Assembly (NCBI RefSeq): GCF_006345805.1
Contig: NC_043001.1
Span: 77,500,001 to 77,564,000 of the forward strand
DNA length: 64,000 nt
DNA from: Octopus sinensis
Lineage: Eukaryota
Reading direction: 5' to 3'
Shown piece after piece: positions 13,385 to 25,750 of this stretch. The notes beneath the pieces were generated by a model. That model saw only the letters and a program-made list of their open reading frames with translations, was not told the origin of the DNA and made no database searches. Every line of letters starts with the position of its first letter. Position 1 is the stretch's first letter. The position numbers were made by a program, and so were the translations under genes.

Positions 13385-13580
13385 CAGCAGTTTTTGTGGA
13401 GAAGGAGCTAGTCGGATACGGCTATATCATTGCTTTAGTGTTGCTTATTTTATCGATCTCGAAAAGATAAAAGGGAAAGTCGACGTCGGTGGGATATGAA
13501 CTCAGAACGTGAAAACGAAAGAAATGCTTCTGAGCCTTTTATCCGGTGTGGTAACGAATCTGCCGGCTTGCCGCTGTAAT
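13385..13580 (-). mobile_element. tRNA-derived SINE, family B
   Basis: Reverse complement of GGCGGCAAGCCGGCAGA...GTTCTGAGTTC...GACTTTCCCTTTTATCTTTTCGAGATCGATAAAATAAG. Confidence 0.7.
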
Positions 13581-13799
13581 CTTTTATTAATACTGATTTG
13601 TACTAAAGCGGCGATAATATATATATACATATGAGGGGAGGATTTTCTGAAATTATCTAACCAGTATTTGACTGGTACTTAATTGATCAAAAAATCCTTA
13701 TCTGCACTATGTATAACGAGATCTAACCTGATGATTTGCATACTTCTCAAAATATTCCAGTAGATTCAAAAGCAAAATATGCTACTCGTAGCTGTGTAA

Positions 13800-13974
13800 G
13801 TCACAGGAGAACTACTCCGTTTTACGACGACAGCGTGTTCATAACACGTTCAGCTGATTAGTGCAAGAGATTCTCAGACACCGCTATTACGACCTGTCAG
13901 AACCTCTTGCGTCAATGAACCGATGTTTTATGGATACGTTATCGTCATAAACGGAGAAGTTGTCTTCCTGTGAC
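13800..13974. mobile_element. Hairpin MITE (about 175 bp, about 30-45 bp arms)
   Basis: GTCACAGGAGAACTACTCCGTTTTACGACGA pairs with TCGTCATAAACGGAGAAGTTGTCTTCCTGTGAC. Confidence 0.6.
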
Positions 13975-15364
13975 AAAAACACAATGAGGCTAGCATATTT
14001 GTGTACGATATGCAAATTATCATTAAATTAATTGAAGGATTTTAGTAAAATATATTCGGTTTTATTGCGATTCAAACTCCGAATGTAATTGAGTGAAATG
14101 TCTTATATATTGCCCTGTACATGGAAGCATTTCACAATCCTTGCACTAATAATTGCTTCCAGATTTTCAGAAGGCCACCAATTTTAAGGAAAGCGGTAAG
14201 TTAATTACATCAGCCCTAGTGTTCAAATGGTACTCAGCTTTAGAGAACCCCAAATGATGAAAGGCAAAGTCAATCATGGGTGGATTTGAACCACGTCATA
14301 GATATATATTGGCGAGTAAGTATGTATATATATTCAGACAGGAAGACATCTATCTCACATATACACACATACACGCGGCAGGATTGCACACAGTTTTCGT
14401 CTAACAAATTCGCTCACAAAGCACTCGGCGATCAGGTGCTATAGTAGAAGACCCTTACCTATGTTGCAACGCAGTGAGAGCGAACCGCAAACCGACAGGT
14501 TGCAGATGGAGTTTATTCACCGCACATCATAACTATTTACTTAGAATTTAACCCGACTCGGAAATCGAAGAGTTAGTTCTCGGTAGCAAGGTTGTTTCAT
14601 AAGTTGTCTTCATGATCGATATTGTCTGGTGTATAGATCAAATAACTGAAGACCAACGCCAGACTCAATCTTGATCAGGAAAATCTATGATTACGAAGAT
14701 CTATGATTAAGAACATTGTTTTGGGGGTATTTCCTCAATATTCTTTATTTTTTTGCTTTTTTACTATTGACGCTAGTGCTCTAAACACGTTGTCACAAAC
14801 ACCTTTGTCAAACACTTTCTATAGTGTACATGCAACATATCACTTTTCACATGATTTTCCCATATTTTGGGGGAAGTGTATTTGCCAACGACAACAACAA
14901 ATCGACCATACACACAAACAAAAAAACACATTACAAATACCTTCAGCAGATTCTTTGTAATGAACTTATTTTAATCTGTAAAAACGATAAGATTATCTTA
15001 ACGATAGGATTATACTAAGAACCAGGTAAGTTAAAAACAATGTTGCAGAGTAAAAAAAAAACATTCTTAATCCGGCATCTGTTAGCAACTGTAGAAATAT
15101 CGGGGAAAAGTCATTGCTCGAAAATTATTCAATATCAACATAAAAATAAAATACAACTTGGCAAATCTAATATCATATTAAGATTCAGGACTCACAAAAT
15201 GGTTCTGAATTTGCTGAAATATTCCTGGCAAATCATCAAATAATTTTGTGTTGAACAACTAATACAGACAGAGCACAACTATGATCCCCCAATGTGCTTG
15301 ACGAATAAACAGTGAGAATACAGTGAGAAGTATTTCCCCCTTCGTAAAATATAGACTGGTCTCC

Positions 15365-15770
15365 CGTGCAAAAGAGTGGCTGTATGGTAAGTAGCTTTCT
15401 TAGCAGCCACATGGTTCTGGGTTCAGTCCCAGTGCGTGGCACCTTAGGCAAGTGTCTTCTACTATTGCCTCGGACCGACCAAAGCCTTGTGAATGGATTT
15501 GGTAGACGGAAACTGAAAGAAGCCTGTCGTATATATGTATGTGTATATATATGTGTGTGTGTTTGTGTGTCCGTGTTTGTCACCCCAACATCACTTGACA
15601 ACCGATGCTAGTGTGTCTACGTCCCCGTAACTTAGCGGTTCGGCAAAAGAAACCGATAGAATAAGTACTAGGCTTACAAAGAATAAGTCCTGGGGTCGAT
15701 TTGCTCGACTAAAGGCGGTACTCCAACATGGTCGCAGTCAAATAACTGAAACAAGTAAAAGAGTAAAGAG
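15365..15770 (+). mobile_element. SINE family A, full length
   Basis: Colinear with 964-1345 including head, core, internal microsatellite and tail. Confidence 0.85.
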
Positions 15771-15837
15771 TAAATAGTAACTTGTAGCATACAAACACAC
15801 ATAGATACATACGCACACACATAAACTTACACGTATT

Positions 15838-15881
<44 letters not shown>

Positions 15882-16258
15882 AATATTAAAACACTACCTG
15901 CACCAACCCCAAAACACTTACAGGGGCCCACCACACCATTTCACGAACCTAAGAGCCACAACATACAATACTATGAAATACAATCCACATAACCAAACTA
16001 AAACGCTACTACCAAACATCCACCCCAGGAACCAACCATACAAACCTAACAAACAACAAATGCACTACGGAGGAAACAACTACCAACACAATATACCTGA
16101 TGAACTAAGACGGAACACTAGGTACAACAACACACTCAGAACAGAGCACCACAAACTCACTCTGACAATTATAACAACATGAGACAGATAAATAGTAGTT
16201 TTGAACATAACTACACCAACCATTTTTTAGACCTTACATACAGGAACAGGGACACACG

Positions 16259-17647
16259 ATGGCAAAGGACAAACAAAAGAAACCTCAGGTAATTAAGATA
16301 ATCAATCTCTCAAACAAAGAACTTACACCTAACGAAATAAGCATACTCTCCAAAGGACTTAAATTTACACCAACCCCACAACGTTCTAATTACTATGAAA
16401 TGAAAGATGATATTTCGGAATTTTGCAGAAAACTAAGACTCACCGAGGAATTTCAAGACAAACAAATAGAGGCGGATTCAATAGCTAGAAACAAGAGCAA
16501 TTACACCCCCACCAAGGGAAAGAATAAAGCCTTAGACCGCTATTCTGACTACATAACTAATTCCCCGTTTCAATTCATCAAGAAACAAAAACACAGCCCT
16601 AACTTCAACAAAAGAGAATGGAACGACCTCATCAAACTAAGAGAAGACATAGCAATAATAATTAAGGAGGCAGATAAGGGCAACGCGATAGTAATAATGA
16701 ATACAAACGATTATAAAAATTTAGTGCTATCCCTATTAAGAGATGAAACGTATTATGAAAGGGCCCAACAGTATAATCAGCAAAAAATAATGCATAACCT
16801 TAGGACATTAATCAACACATACCGAGAAGGACTCACGGACAAGCAGTATGAATACATCACTAACTTCAAATGCAAATCGAGTTTGTTCTATGGTATCCCT
16901 AAAGTACACAAAAGCCAAATAATTAGAAAAACGTGCAAAACATCTACCGATATACTCATCAAAATCCCTTCACCAAATGATCTTAAACTTAGACCGATAA
17001 TAGCAGGGCCAGCATGTGAGACTCACCGCCTCAGCACTTTCTTAGACACACTTGTTAAACCTTTCCTAAAACACATCAAAAGCTACGTAAGAGACGATAT
17101 AGATATGCTCAACCACCTCCCTAAAACAATCAATGAGAAAACCCTTCTAGTATCATTCGGCGTAGTTAATCTTTATTCTAACATCCCTCACAACATAGGA
17201 ATAGAAGCGATCACCTTCTGGCTGAATAACTACCCCTTTGAACTCCCAACTCGCATAAACAAAGACCTTATAATAGAAGGACTTAGATTTATTTTAGAGA
17301 GTAATTACTTTATTTTTGACAATAATTTCTATAGACAAAGATCGGGAACAGCGATGTGCACGCGTACTGCACCATCTTTTGCCAACCTAGTGATGGGATA
17401 CCTCGAGAAAATACTCTACCAGATAACACTCGAGAAATTTGGAAACACCTTCGCCACCTATATCCATAACAACTGGAAAAGATACCTCGATGACTGTTTC
17501 ATCATCTGGGACAAAGGTATAGAGAAACTTGAGGAATTTAAAATACTATTAAATGGAATAAATGATAATATACAATTCACGGTGGATCACAACGAAAAAG
17601 AATTACCATTTTTAGACATCCTCATTAAGAAAACCGGCAAAAAATAG
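16259..17647 (+). pseudogene. PLE reverse transcriptase (462-aa piece; frameshift near 17640)
   Basis: NLSNKELT..LSKGLKFTPTP, KEADKGNAIVIM, FYGIPKVHK, LRPIIAG, YRQRSGTAM..APSFANLVM, RYLDDCF, LPFLDILI. Confidence 0.92.
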
Positions 17648-18557
17648 AGACAGATATCTACTATAAACCGACAGACTCCAAACAATACCTACCCTTTGAT
17701 TCATGCCACCCACGACACACTAGAATAAATGTCCCTTTTTTTTTTAGCTAGAAGGATCTGCACCATAATATCAGACACAAACACCCGACACACACGTCTC
17801 CAGGAACTTAGAACCACACTCACAAATAGAAACTATCCACAGCCCCTAATAGACAGTGCAATCCAAAGGGCACTCAAATTAAGTATAGAAGACCTGAGAC
17901 AAACAAAACCAAAAAAGAAAGAACAATTAAAAACCCTTCCCTACATCTTTACACACAACCCACTCAACAATGAGGCCTTCAGCACCATACTACAAAGCAC
18001 AGCCCTACTAAAGGGAGACCCAAAGATGAACCGGATCCTCGAAACACACACCATCATTAAAAGTAAACGGCAACCAAAATCCTTGAAAAGGATTTTAACC
18101 CAAGCTAAACTGCACTCAACATCAACCACAAAACCAGCAGTTAGAAAATGTGGAAGGCCCAACTGCGGAATCTGTGTCATCTTGATAGAAGGTTCAGAAT
18201 TTATACTAGAACAAGGTCATCAGTTCACCATTAGAGCAAACTTCACCTGCGCATCAGAAAACTTAATTTACGTCATAACATGCGCAGGATGCAATAGGCA
18301 GTATATAGGCCATACAAAAAAATAGCTTACGTAACAGGATGGCGGTGCATAAATCACAAATTAGAAACCCTGAATACCGGAAAATACCGGTCAGCGGACA
18401 CATAGATAGATGTGCTGGAAATGTAAATCCGAAATTTACAACTTACCCGCTTTATAAATTCAGTGACAACGCAACCTTCACGCAACGCCAGAATAAAGAA
18501 CTGTATTTCATCAAAACATTTAGACCAAGTTTAAACACCCTGGGCCAGGAATATTAA
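17648..18557 (+). pseudogene. PLE thumb + GIY-YIG endonuclease (frameshift and a premature stop)
   Basis: TDIYYKPTDSKQYL..SCHP; RNYPQPLI; NLIYVITCAGCNRQYIGHT (GIY-YIG); MAVHKSQI..SGHI; ELYFIKTFRPSLN; stop TAG at about 18323. Confidence 0.9.
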
Positions 18558-18689
18558 AACAAAAGATTGGTCCTCCGAAAAGGAGAAGCGAAATTCCACC
18601 ACGGCCGCTACCTTAAACAGTCACTTACACTGACGGAAATATGTCTTAGGGAAAAGGGAAAAAAATTTATAAAAAGATCTCTTCGAACA

Positions 18690-19024
18690 GATCTAATCCT
18701 GATGGACTGGCCACATACGATACAGCTAAGGGTCAGACCCGATTCTGATTGGTCAAAACATTGATGACATCTCGTTCTGCTGGACTGGCCACCTAACGGG
18801 ATGATTGGTCAAAACAGTGATGACGTCTCGTTACGCTGGACTGGCCACCTACAAGAAACAGACATGGGGCAGATCTAATACAGCTATAGGTCGGACCCGA
18901 TTCTGATTGGACAAAATATTGATGACGTCCCGTTCTGCTTGACTAGCCACCTAACGAAACGATTGGTCAAAACGTTGATGACGTCTCGTTCCGCTGGACT
19001 GGCCACCTGACAGGTGATATAAAA
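18690..19024 (+). promoter_or_regulatory. pLTR enhancer/promoter-like array: 4x (inverted CCAAT + CRE-like TGACGT) followed by TATAAAA
   Basis: ATTGG at 18748, 18804, 18906, 18962; TGAC(G/A)T 17 nt after each; TATAAAA at 19018-19024. Confidence 0.6.
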
Positions 19025-19342
19025 CCCAAACAATTCACAAGGTTCGCCAGAACTGTCCGAGCGGACACCGACCAAAAGTCATCACAGTTGCTCAAGGTAA
19101 AATCTAAAATGAATTCCTCGCTTTTTCAAGAACATCAATTTTTTATATTGAATGCATATCACCACTATGAACTATTTTTTTATATTGAATGCATATCACC
19201 ACTATGAACTACTACATCATACTCTTTAAACATATAGCATGAACTCACTTCACTATATATGAACTTTTGATGTCTGACTCTATTGTATATTATATATGAA
19301 TTTTTTATATTTGATAGCATGAACTATCTTTTTTATATATAA

Positions 19343-19388
19343 TTTTTTTGATAAGGTTCATCATTTCAAGAACCGAAACATGTTAAAT
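19343..19388 (+). ncRNA. Minimal type I hammerhead ribozyme-like motif, U3-A8 core variant
   Basis: TTT-TTGATAA-GGTTC-atcatttcaa-GAACC-GAA-ACATGT-T-AAA: 5-bp stem II, palindromic stem III, short A-T stem I. Confidence 0.6.
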
Positions 19389-19523
19389 AAATAATGTATA
19401 TATAAAAATTAAAAATTTGTCTAATATAGCAGCATTTTCGAACTTCATTTTTTACAAATATATATATAGGTATACATATTTTATGTATATGTGTACATGA
19501 GTCGCTGTGTGTATGTACTTATG

Positions 19524-19580
<57 letters not shown>

Positions 19581-19669
19581 ATATATATGTATATGTGTGT
19601 ATGTGTGTGTATGTGTGTGTATGTGTGTGTATATGTGTGTGGGTATGGGTGTGGGTGTACATGTGGAAA

Positions 19670-20110
19670 ATACAATGAGACAACAAAACCAAGGCTGTGT
19701 GGAATTTATAGGACATTTATAAATAGAAATCTAATCTTTCAGCTGTTTCTGCGATATTAGGGATATGCCTTCATCAGAGACGATATGAGAGAGTTAACTA
19801 GAGGGAAATAGTTGACTTCAATATAAGCAGTTATTTTGGAAAAGATGGATATAGGAAGTATAAACGGAAATAAGCGAAGAAAAATAAAAGTAAAAAATAT
19901 TTGTACGATGTTACACTTATAGTTCCAATATCCAAGGAAAGTGTTGTGTAGAATAGGTAGAAAAACGTCTTGTCCATGGTATGTAGATTCCAATAGGAGT
20001 TCATATCCACTATTCATTTGTAATAACAAAATATGTAAACTACCTTTCTCTTTATAAATGTACTATAAATTCCACACAACCTTGGTTTCTTGGTCTCATT
20101 TTATTTAACA
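19670..20110 (-). mobile_element. Penelope pLTR-like repeat, family 4, with a partial inverted copy
   Basis: 19675-19728 is inverted relative to 20050-20105; carries CTGATGA...GAAAC on the minus strand. Confidence 0.5.
19733..19782 (-). ncRNA. Minimal type I hammerhead-like motif (canonical CUGAUGA; U16.1 appears mutated)
   Basis: Minus strand GTCT-CTGATGA-AGGCATAT-cccta-ATATCGC-A-GAA-ACAGCTG(A)-A-AGAT. Confidence 0.5.
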
Positions 20111-20454
20111 TGCACACGCTCGTACAGGACCCGTAATAAACTCCTTACTCGCATTATTATCAAATCAAGAGTGTAATTATGGTCTACCTTAGCACTTACA
20201 TAGCGCTACCTGCGATTTTGAGTGTTTTGGATACAATACCTCTCATATATATATACATATATATATACATACACGAGTAAGCACATAAATGCAAAACAAG
20301 GAGGAAAAAATGTACTCGAATACTGAACATAGAGCAATATGCTCACAAACCTCACAAAGATCACAAAAACATCAGAACAAAACTGCTACTCAGAGTATCA
20401 TATTTCCGTTCAGCGGGCTGCTGAGATGCTTTTGCAGCTTTATAGAAATGTGTG

Positions 20455-20525
<71 letters not shown>

Positions 20526-20658
20526 CATATACATACATATATATATAATATACATACGTATATATGTATATATACACATATAAGTATACATATACATACA
20601 TACATACACACACATACATACATACACACATACATACATACATACATACATACATACA

Positions 20659-20694
<36 letters not shown>

Positions 20695-20914
20695 TGCTTG
20701 TGAAATTGCTTGTAGCAATTTGCAAAGTATGATATATCAGAAAATCTCACGGAACGCTTATTATTCTGTAAGTAAACATTATGAGCCCTCTCTGTTTCGT
20801 TTGATTCCTGAAATATTGTTGTTCTAATAAAAAAAAAAGTAAAAAACTTTTCATGTATTTCCTCCAGACTAATTACTTCCATCTTTAATGAAGTGTCTCT
20901 CTTTTCTTGTACAG

Positions 20915-20923
20915 ATATGATAT
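20915..20923 (+). other. Candidate 9-nt microexon ATATGATAT
   Basis: Branch-like ACTAAT at about 20868, polypyrimidine TGTCTCTCTTTTCTTGTACAG, then 9 nt, then GTAAGT. Confidence 0.35.
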
Positions 20924-21164
20924 GTAAGTTATAAGGTAAAATCATATTGAAAATGGTCATATTGAAAATAATGAAATAGTACTACACATGACAACCACCA
21001 ACTAGAAATTGCAAAAACGTCGTATTAGATAAAAAGAAATGTCAACTCTTTGTATATTCTCCTCTTATTCCTTAATATGAAATCCAAATTTCTTATTAAG
21101 AGCCTCGTGATATCAAAAGTTAGATACGTCCCTTGTATTAACTGCCACAACCATAGGGCCCCGA

Positions 21165-21375
21165 GTGTAGCGCGCCGGGCGAAATGCTTCGCGGTATTTC
21201 GTCTGTCATTACGTTCTGAGTTCAAATTCCGCTGATATTAACTTTGCCTTCCATCCTCTCGGAGTCGATAAATAAATTACCAGTTTCGCACTGGGTCGAT
21301 GTAATCGACTTAATCCCTTGTTTGTCCGCCCTTGTTTGTCCCCTCTAAGTTTAGCTCTTGTGGGTAGTAAAGAAA
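21165..21375 (+). mobile_element. SINE family B
   Basis: GCGCGCCGGGCGAAATGCTTCGCGGTATTTCG...GTTCTGAGTTCAAATTCCGC...CTTTGCCTTCCATCCTCTCGGAGTCGATAAA..TACCAG. Confidence 0.8.
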
Positions 21376-22529
21376 TATATATATATTCGGAAAACTTATT
21401 TAATACGGTAGAATTATACAGGCGAAGGATAGTGTATGATTCTTTTATCCACATTCTACATCTGCCTATAATCGTATCGCATGGGAGGGGAGTGGTCATC
21501 TTTAGCAAACCAAGGTGATGCGTAATTGATGTTCTGTCATTTTAAATCATGTATGCATCTAACTAGTGCTGTGAGTTTTAATATTTTAGCTTACTGAAAG
21601 AATTTAAATAGGTTCTACATCGTCTCTTATGGTGCATTCTATTTATTCTCTTATTTGATGTTTGTCATTTGCCACGCTGCATTTATAAATTACGGTTTTT
21701 CAGAAACAGAATCCAGCGTGCAGACATAATTCGGGGACCCTACAATTACAAGTATTTGCTTTCCTATCTTTAATTTCATTCGGATTTATTAAGGTTGAGT
21801 CGGGTTGGCTTATGTTTAGTTGGGATTGATTGCGTTTAGATTTAGATAGACTTCTTTTGTTTTATTAATTTTATTTGGACTTATATGGGGTATCTTATAG
21901 TAATCTAAGCTTTTAGTCATTTGAAGTTGGAGATTATTTCTATTTGTGGATGCACTGATAGGCGTGATGGATTATGATAATTTTATAGAGTTCTTGTTAT
22001 ATATGGGGTAATATTTGTGGTGCTTAGGAAAACTTAATTTCAGAATTTTAAAGAACAGTTTTGGTAATTTTTTGACTCTGAGAGAATAGGTGTGTGTGTA
22101 ACCAAATAATCCCTATTTTCTAGATTTAGAGCGTGTTACTACATTAGGGTGTTCAGATATAGAGGTACTATATTTGTTACGATTACTAAAATTAACGTTA
22201 TGAAGTTTAGTATGGTTAACCAAAGCTATTCTTATACCTCTATAATTTAAAGAAGAAATGTCAGATGGGAGATTAGCTAATTTGGTTTTGAGTTTGGTGT
22301 CAGGAATGTAGGAAATATTATCATAAAAGCTGCTTGATTTTAGGGATCATTATAAAATGGGGCATGTGTATTAAAATCTCCTCATTTGCCGATAGGTTGA
22401 AGATTCTAAAAGAGATAGCCATAATGATATAATCAAGGGTTAATTTAAGACGATTAGAAGAAATGTTTATATATTGTAATGTTTGATTTGGTTAGCGATA
22501 AGGGTAATTTAATTTGGTGTTTAAATTAA

Positions 22530-23030
22530 GTGGCCTTAGAATAAGTACTAGGCTTCAAAAATGTCCTGGGGTCGATGTGTTCGACTAAATCGCTTTGAGG
22601 CGGTGCTCCATCATGGCTGGAGTCTACTGACTGAAAGAATAAAAAAAAAGAAGAAAAATATATATCTTCTTTCATTCTTTAACTTGTTTCAGTCATTTGA
22701 CTGCGGCCATGATGTAGCACAGTCTTTTAGTCGAAGAAATCGACGACTCCTGGACCTGTTCTTTGTAAGCCTAGTACTTATTCTATCAGCCTCTTTTGCC
22801 GAAACGCTAAGTTATCAAGCTATGATGGGGAACAAACAGACACAATCAGACAAATATATATATATAAATACGACGGGGTTCTTTCAGTTTCCGTCTACCA
22901 AATCCACTCACAAGGATTTGGTCGGCCCGAGGCTATAGTAGAAGACACTTAGCCAAGGTGCCACGCAGTGGAACTGAAACCCTAACCATGTGGTTGGGAA
23001 GCAAGCTACTTACCACACAGCCACGACTAT
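22530..23030. mobile_element. Two SINE family A copies tail-to-tail (3' module on plus 22530-22640; full copy on minus 22665-23030)
   Basis: Direct match to the family A consensus in opposite orientations. Confidence 0.75.
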
Positions 23031-23598
23031 ATATGTGTGTATGTGTGTGTGTGCGTGTGTGTGTGTGTGTGCGTGCGTGCGTGCGTGTGTGTGTATGTGT
23101 GTGTGTGTGTAATCTTTTGTTAGACATGAGACTTCAATTTCAATTTCAAGTTGATTAGACCATTTCCATATTTCGTGTGAGTCCTTTGCATTTTGTTTAG
23201 TATAATGACGAGCCTAATCGAACTACAAGAAACTCGTAGGAATCTAAAGAAAAACATACCCAATAAAAGAATTAATACAAGAACATGTTTTCTTATTAAT
23301 AAAACATAGCTAGAAGAAAAGGTGTTTCCCTATATGTACGAATACATAAATATATGTATTCACACATTATATATGTGTGTGTTTATGGGTTTGTAAGCGT
23401 GTGTGTGAGCATGTGTGAGTGTGTGTTAATGTGTGTTTGCATGTGTGCATGTGTGTGTATGTGTGTCAGTGCGTACGCTTATGTTTATGTTTAATGTGTA
23501 TGTGACTGTGCCATGAAATACGCAATCAAGCTTTAAAGGAAATAAGGAAATCTGTGGAAAACCGGAATTTGGAACATAATAGAGACGCAGATACATAG

Positions 23599-23630
<32 letters not shown>

Positions 23631-24524
23631 GGGGAGGGAGAGAAAGAGAGAGAGAAAGTCGGAGAGGGAGGGGCGAGTAGAGAGGGAAAGAGAGAAAAGG
23701 GAGGTGAAGGAGGTGGAAAGAAAATTTGGCAAGTTATTGGAAGTGGGGTGCACGTGATTGAAAACTGGATAATGGAGATTTCGGTTTTAGTTTGAAAACC
23801 TTCTCAATGGCGCTTAGACTCTCTTATGCATTGAGGTTATTAAATGCACTCACAGACACACACACAGACACACATACACACACTCATGTATGTATAGGGG
23901 TGTATGTATGTGTGTATTTAAATGTGTGTAAATGGGTGCGTGTGTATTAATAAAACGTAAAGTAAGTATCCATTTATGCAAAATACATTTAAACTTTATA
24001 ATTTAACAGTGTCACACACACACAGACACATGCACATACACAGACATATACACAGAGACACACTCACACAGACACACGCTACGCCGCTTATCACACCAAC
24101 ACACATATGTATAAAGCACACTTCAAATGCAGAATACATATATAATATGAACACTCGTATTCTGATAATACATACATATATACATACATAAATACATACA
24201 TACATCCATCCATACATACATACATACATACATACATACATACATACATACATACATACATACGTACATACACACTTATGCATGCACGCAGGAAGCACAC
24301 GCACACATATATACGTATGTATGTTTGTATGTATACATGAGTAGCTATAGTAACATAAATACAAATCTATACACGTGTAGGGGGCGCCACATATACAAGA
24401 TCTCATTAAGGCTTCATTTGTTCAATACAGTCGAAGAAATAGAAGAAAGAAAAGAAAGAAAAGTAGGAAGCCTAGCAGCGTAACACAAGACGTATACCAA
24501 GGCACCTACAACTACAGGAATAAC

Positions 24525-24686
24525 AACAACAACAACAAAATAATAATAGTAAAAATAATAATAATAATAATAATATAATAATAATAATGATAATAATAAT
24601 AATAGTAATAATAAGAATAAGAATAATGATAATATTAATAATAATAATAATAATAATTATAATAAAAATAATAATAATATAATAAT

Positions 24687-24719
<33 letters not shown>

Positions 24720-25065
24720 AATAATAATAATAATAATAATAATATAATAATAATAATAATAATAAACGTCATCATTATCAACAACATAAACAACAAGAAA
24801 ACTCAACTAAACAACAACAACAACAACAACACCAACACCAGCAACAACAACAACAACATCAACAACGGCATCAACAGCTGTAATAATTGCAAAAAACGTC
24901 AGCAAATAAAAAAAATGAATAATCAAGATGGCGAAAATATATAAAGTACAGTATCAGCGACAGCGGTAGCAGCCACAGCAGCAGGGGCAGGGGCAGCAGC
25001 AGCAGCAGCAATAACAGAAAGATAATGAACAGCAACAGTAAGAACAACAACAACAGCAACAACTA
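24525..25065. repeat. Compound (AAT)n/(AAC)n/(CAG)n microsatellite
   Basis: Imperfect trinucleotide runs. Confidence 0.9.
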
Positions 25066-25184
25066 TAAAAAAACATATTCATAAACAAACTTCATATTCC
25101 AAGATGTCTTCAAAGAATTCCCCATTGCGTTTGTTTCTGATTTTATTATATTTTTGGCAATTTTTAGGTTAATATTTACGCTAT

Positions 25185-25276
25185 TATGATTGATGCTGTT
25201 GTCGCTGCTACTGCTGCTGCTGCTGCTGCTGTATTTGTCAATGATGATGATAATGATGATGATGATGAAGATGTGA

Positions 25277-25320
<44 letters not shown>

Positions 25321-25354
25321 AATGATGATGATGATAATGATGATAATGATGATA

Positions 25355-25407
<53 letters not shown>

Positions 25408-25750
25408 AGCGATTGTGATGCTAATGGTGATGATAACGCTGAGGATGTTAATGATGATGGTAATGATGATGCCTAATGATGATATGATGACAACGACGAC
25501 GACGACGATGATGATGATGATGATGATAATGGTGATTGTGATGATAAAGATGATGTTGATGAGAACGACGACGGCGGTCATGATAATGATGATGACGATT
25601 TTGTCGTTGATGATGATGATGATGATGATGTGGCTGATCGTGCTGGTGATGACGTTCACGATGATGACAATGATGATAATAGCGCTGACGACGTCGAAGA
25701 CAACTACCACGATGATCATGATGGTGGGGACGGTGGTAGTGGCGGTGGTG
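25185..25750. repeat. Long degenerate (GAT)n microsatellite
   Basis: About 560 bp of GAT/GAC/AAT triplets; source of the poly-D, poly-M and poly-I ORFs. Confidence 0.9.

Larger units (their letters stand above)
15880..19460 (+). mobile_element. Penelope-like retroelement (probably Neptune type), near full length with 3' pLTR, between (TA)n runs
   Basis: RT and GIY-YIG ORF pieces; Cys-rich linker CGRPNCGIC before the endonuclease; 3' region with repeats, TATA box and hammerhead-like motif. Confidence 0.92.

Noticed and set aside
14950-15025. Exon-like segment with CAG acceptor and GTAAGT donor
   Set aside because: Stops in all three frames; could only be non-coding, and there is no further support
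18740-19010. Regular repeats superficially like a CRISPR array
   Set aside because: Eukaryotic context, no unique spacers, no cas genes; lies in a Penelope pLTR
21560-22530. AT-rich minus-strand stretch with TLDYII, possible LINE endonuclease relic
   Set aside because: Single weak motif, many stops
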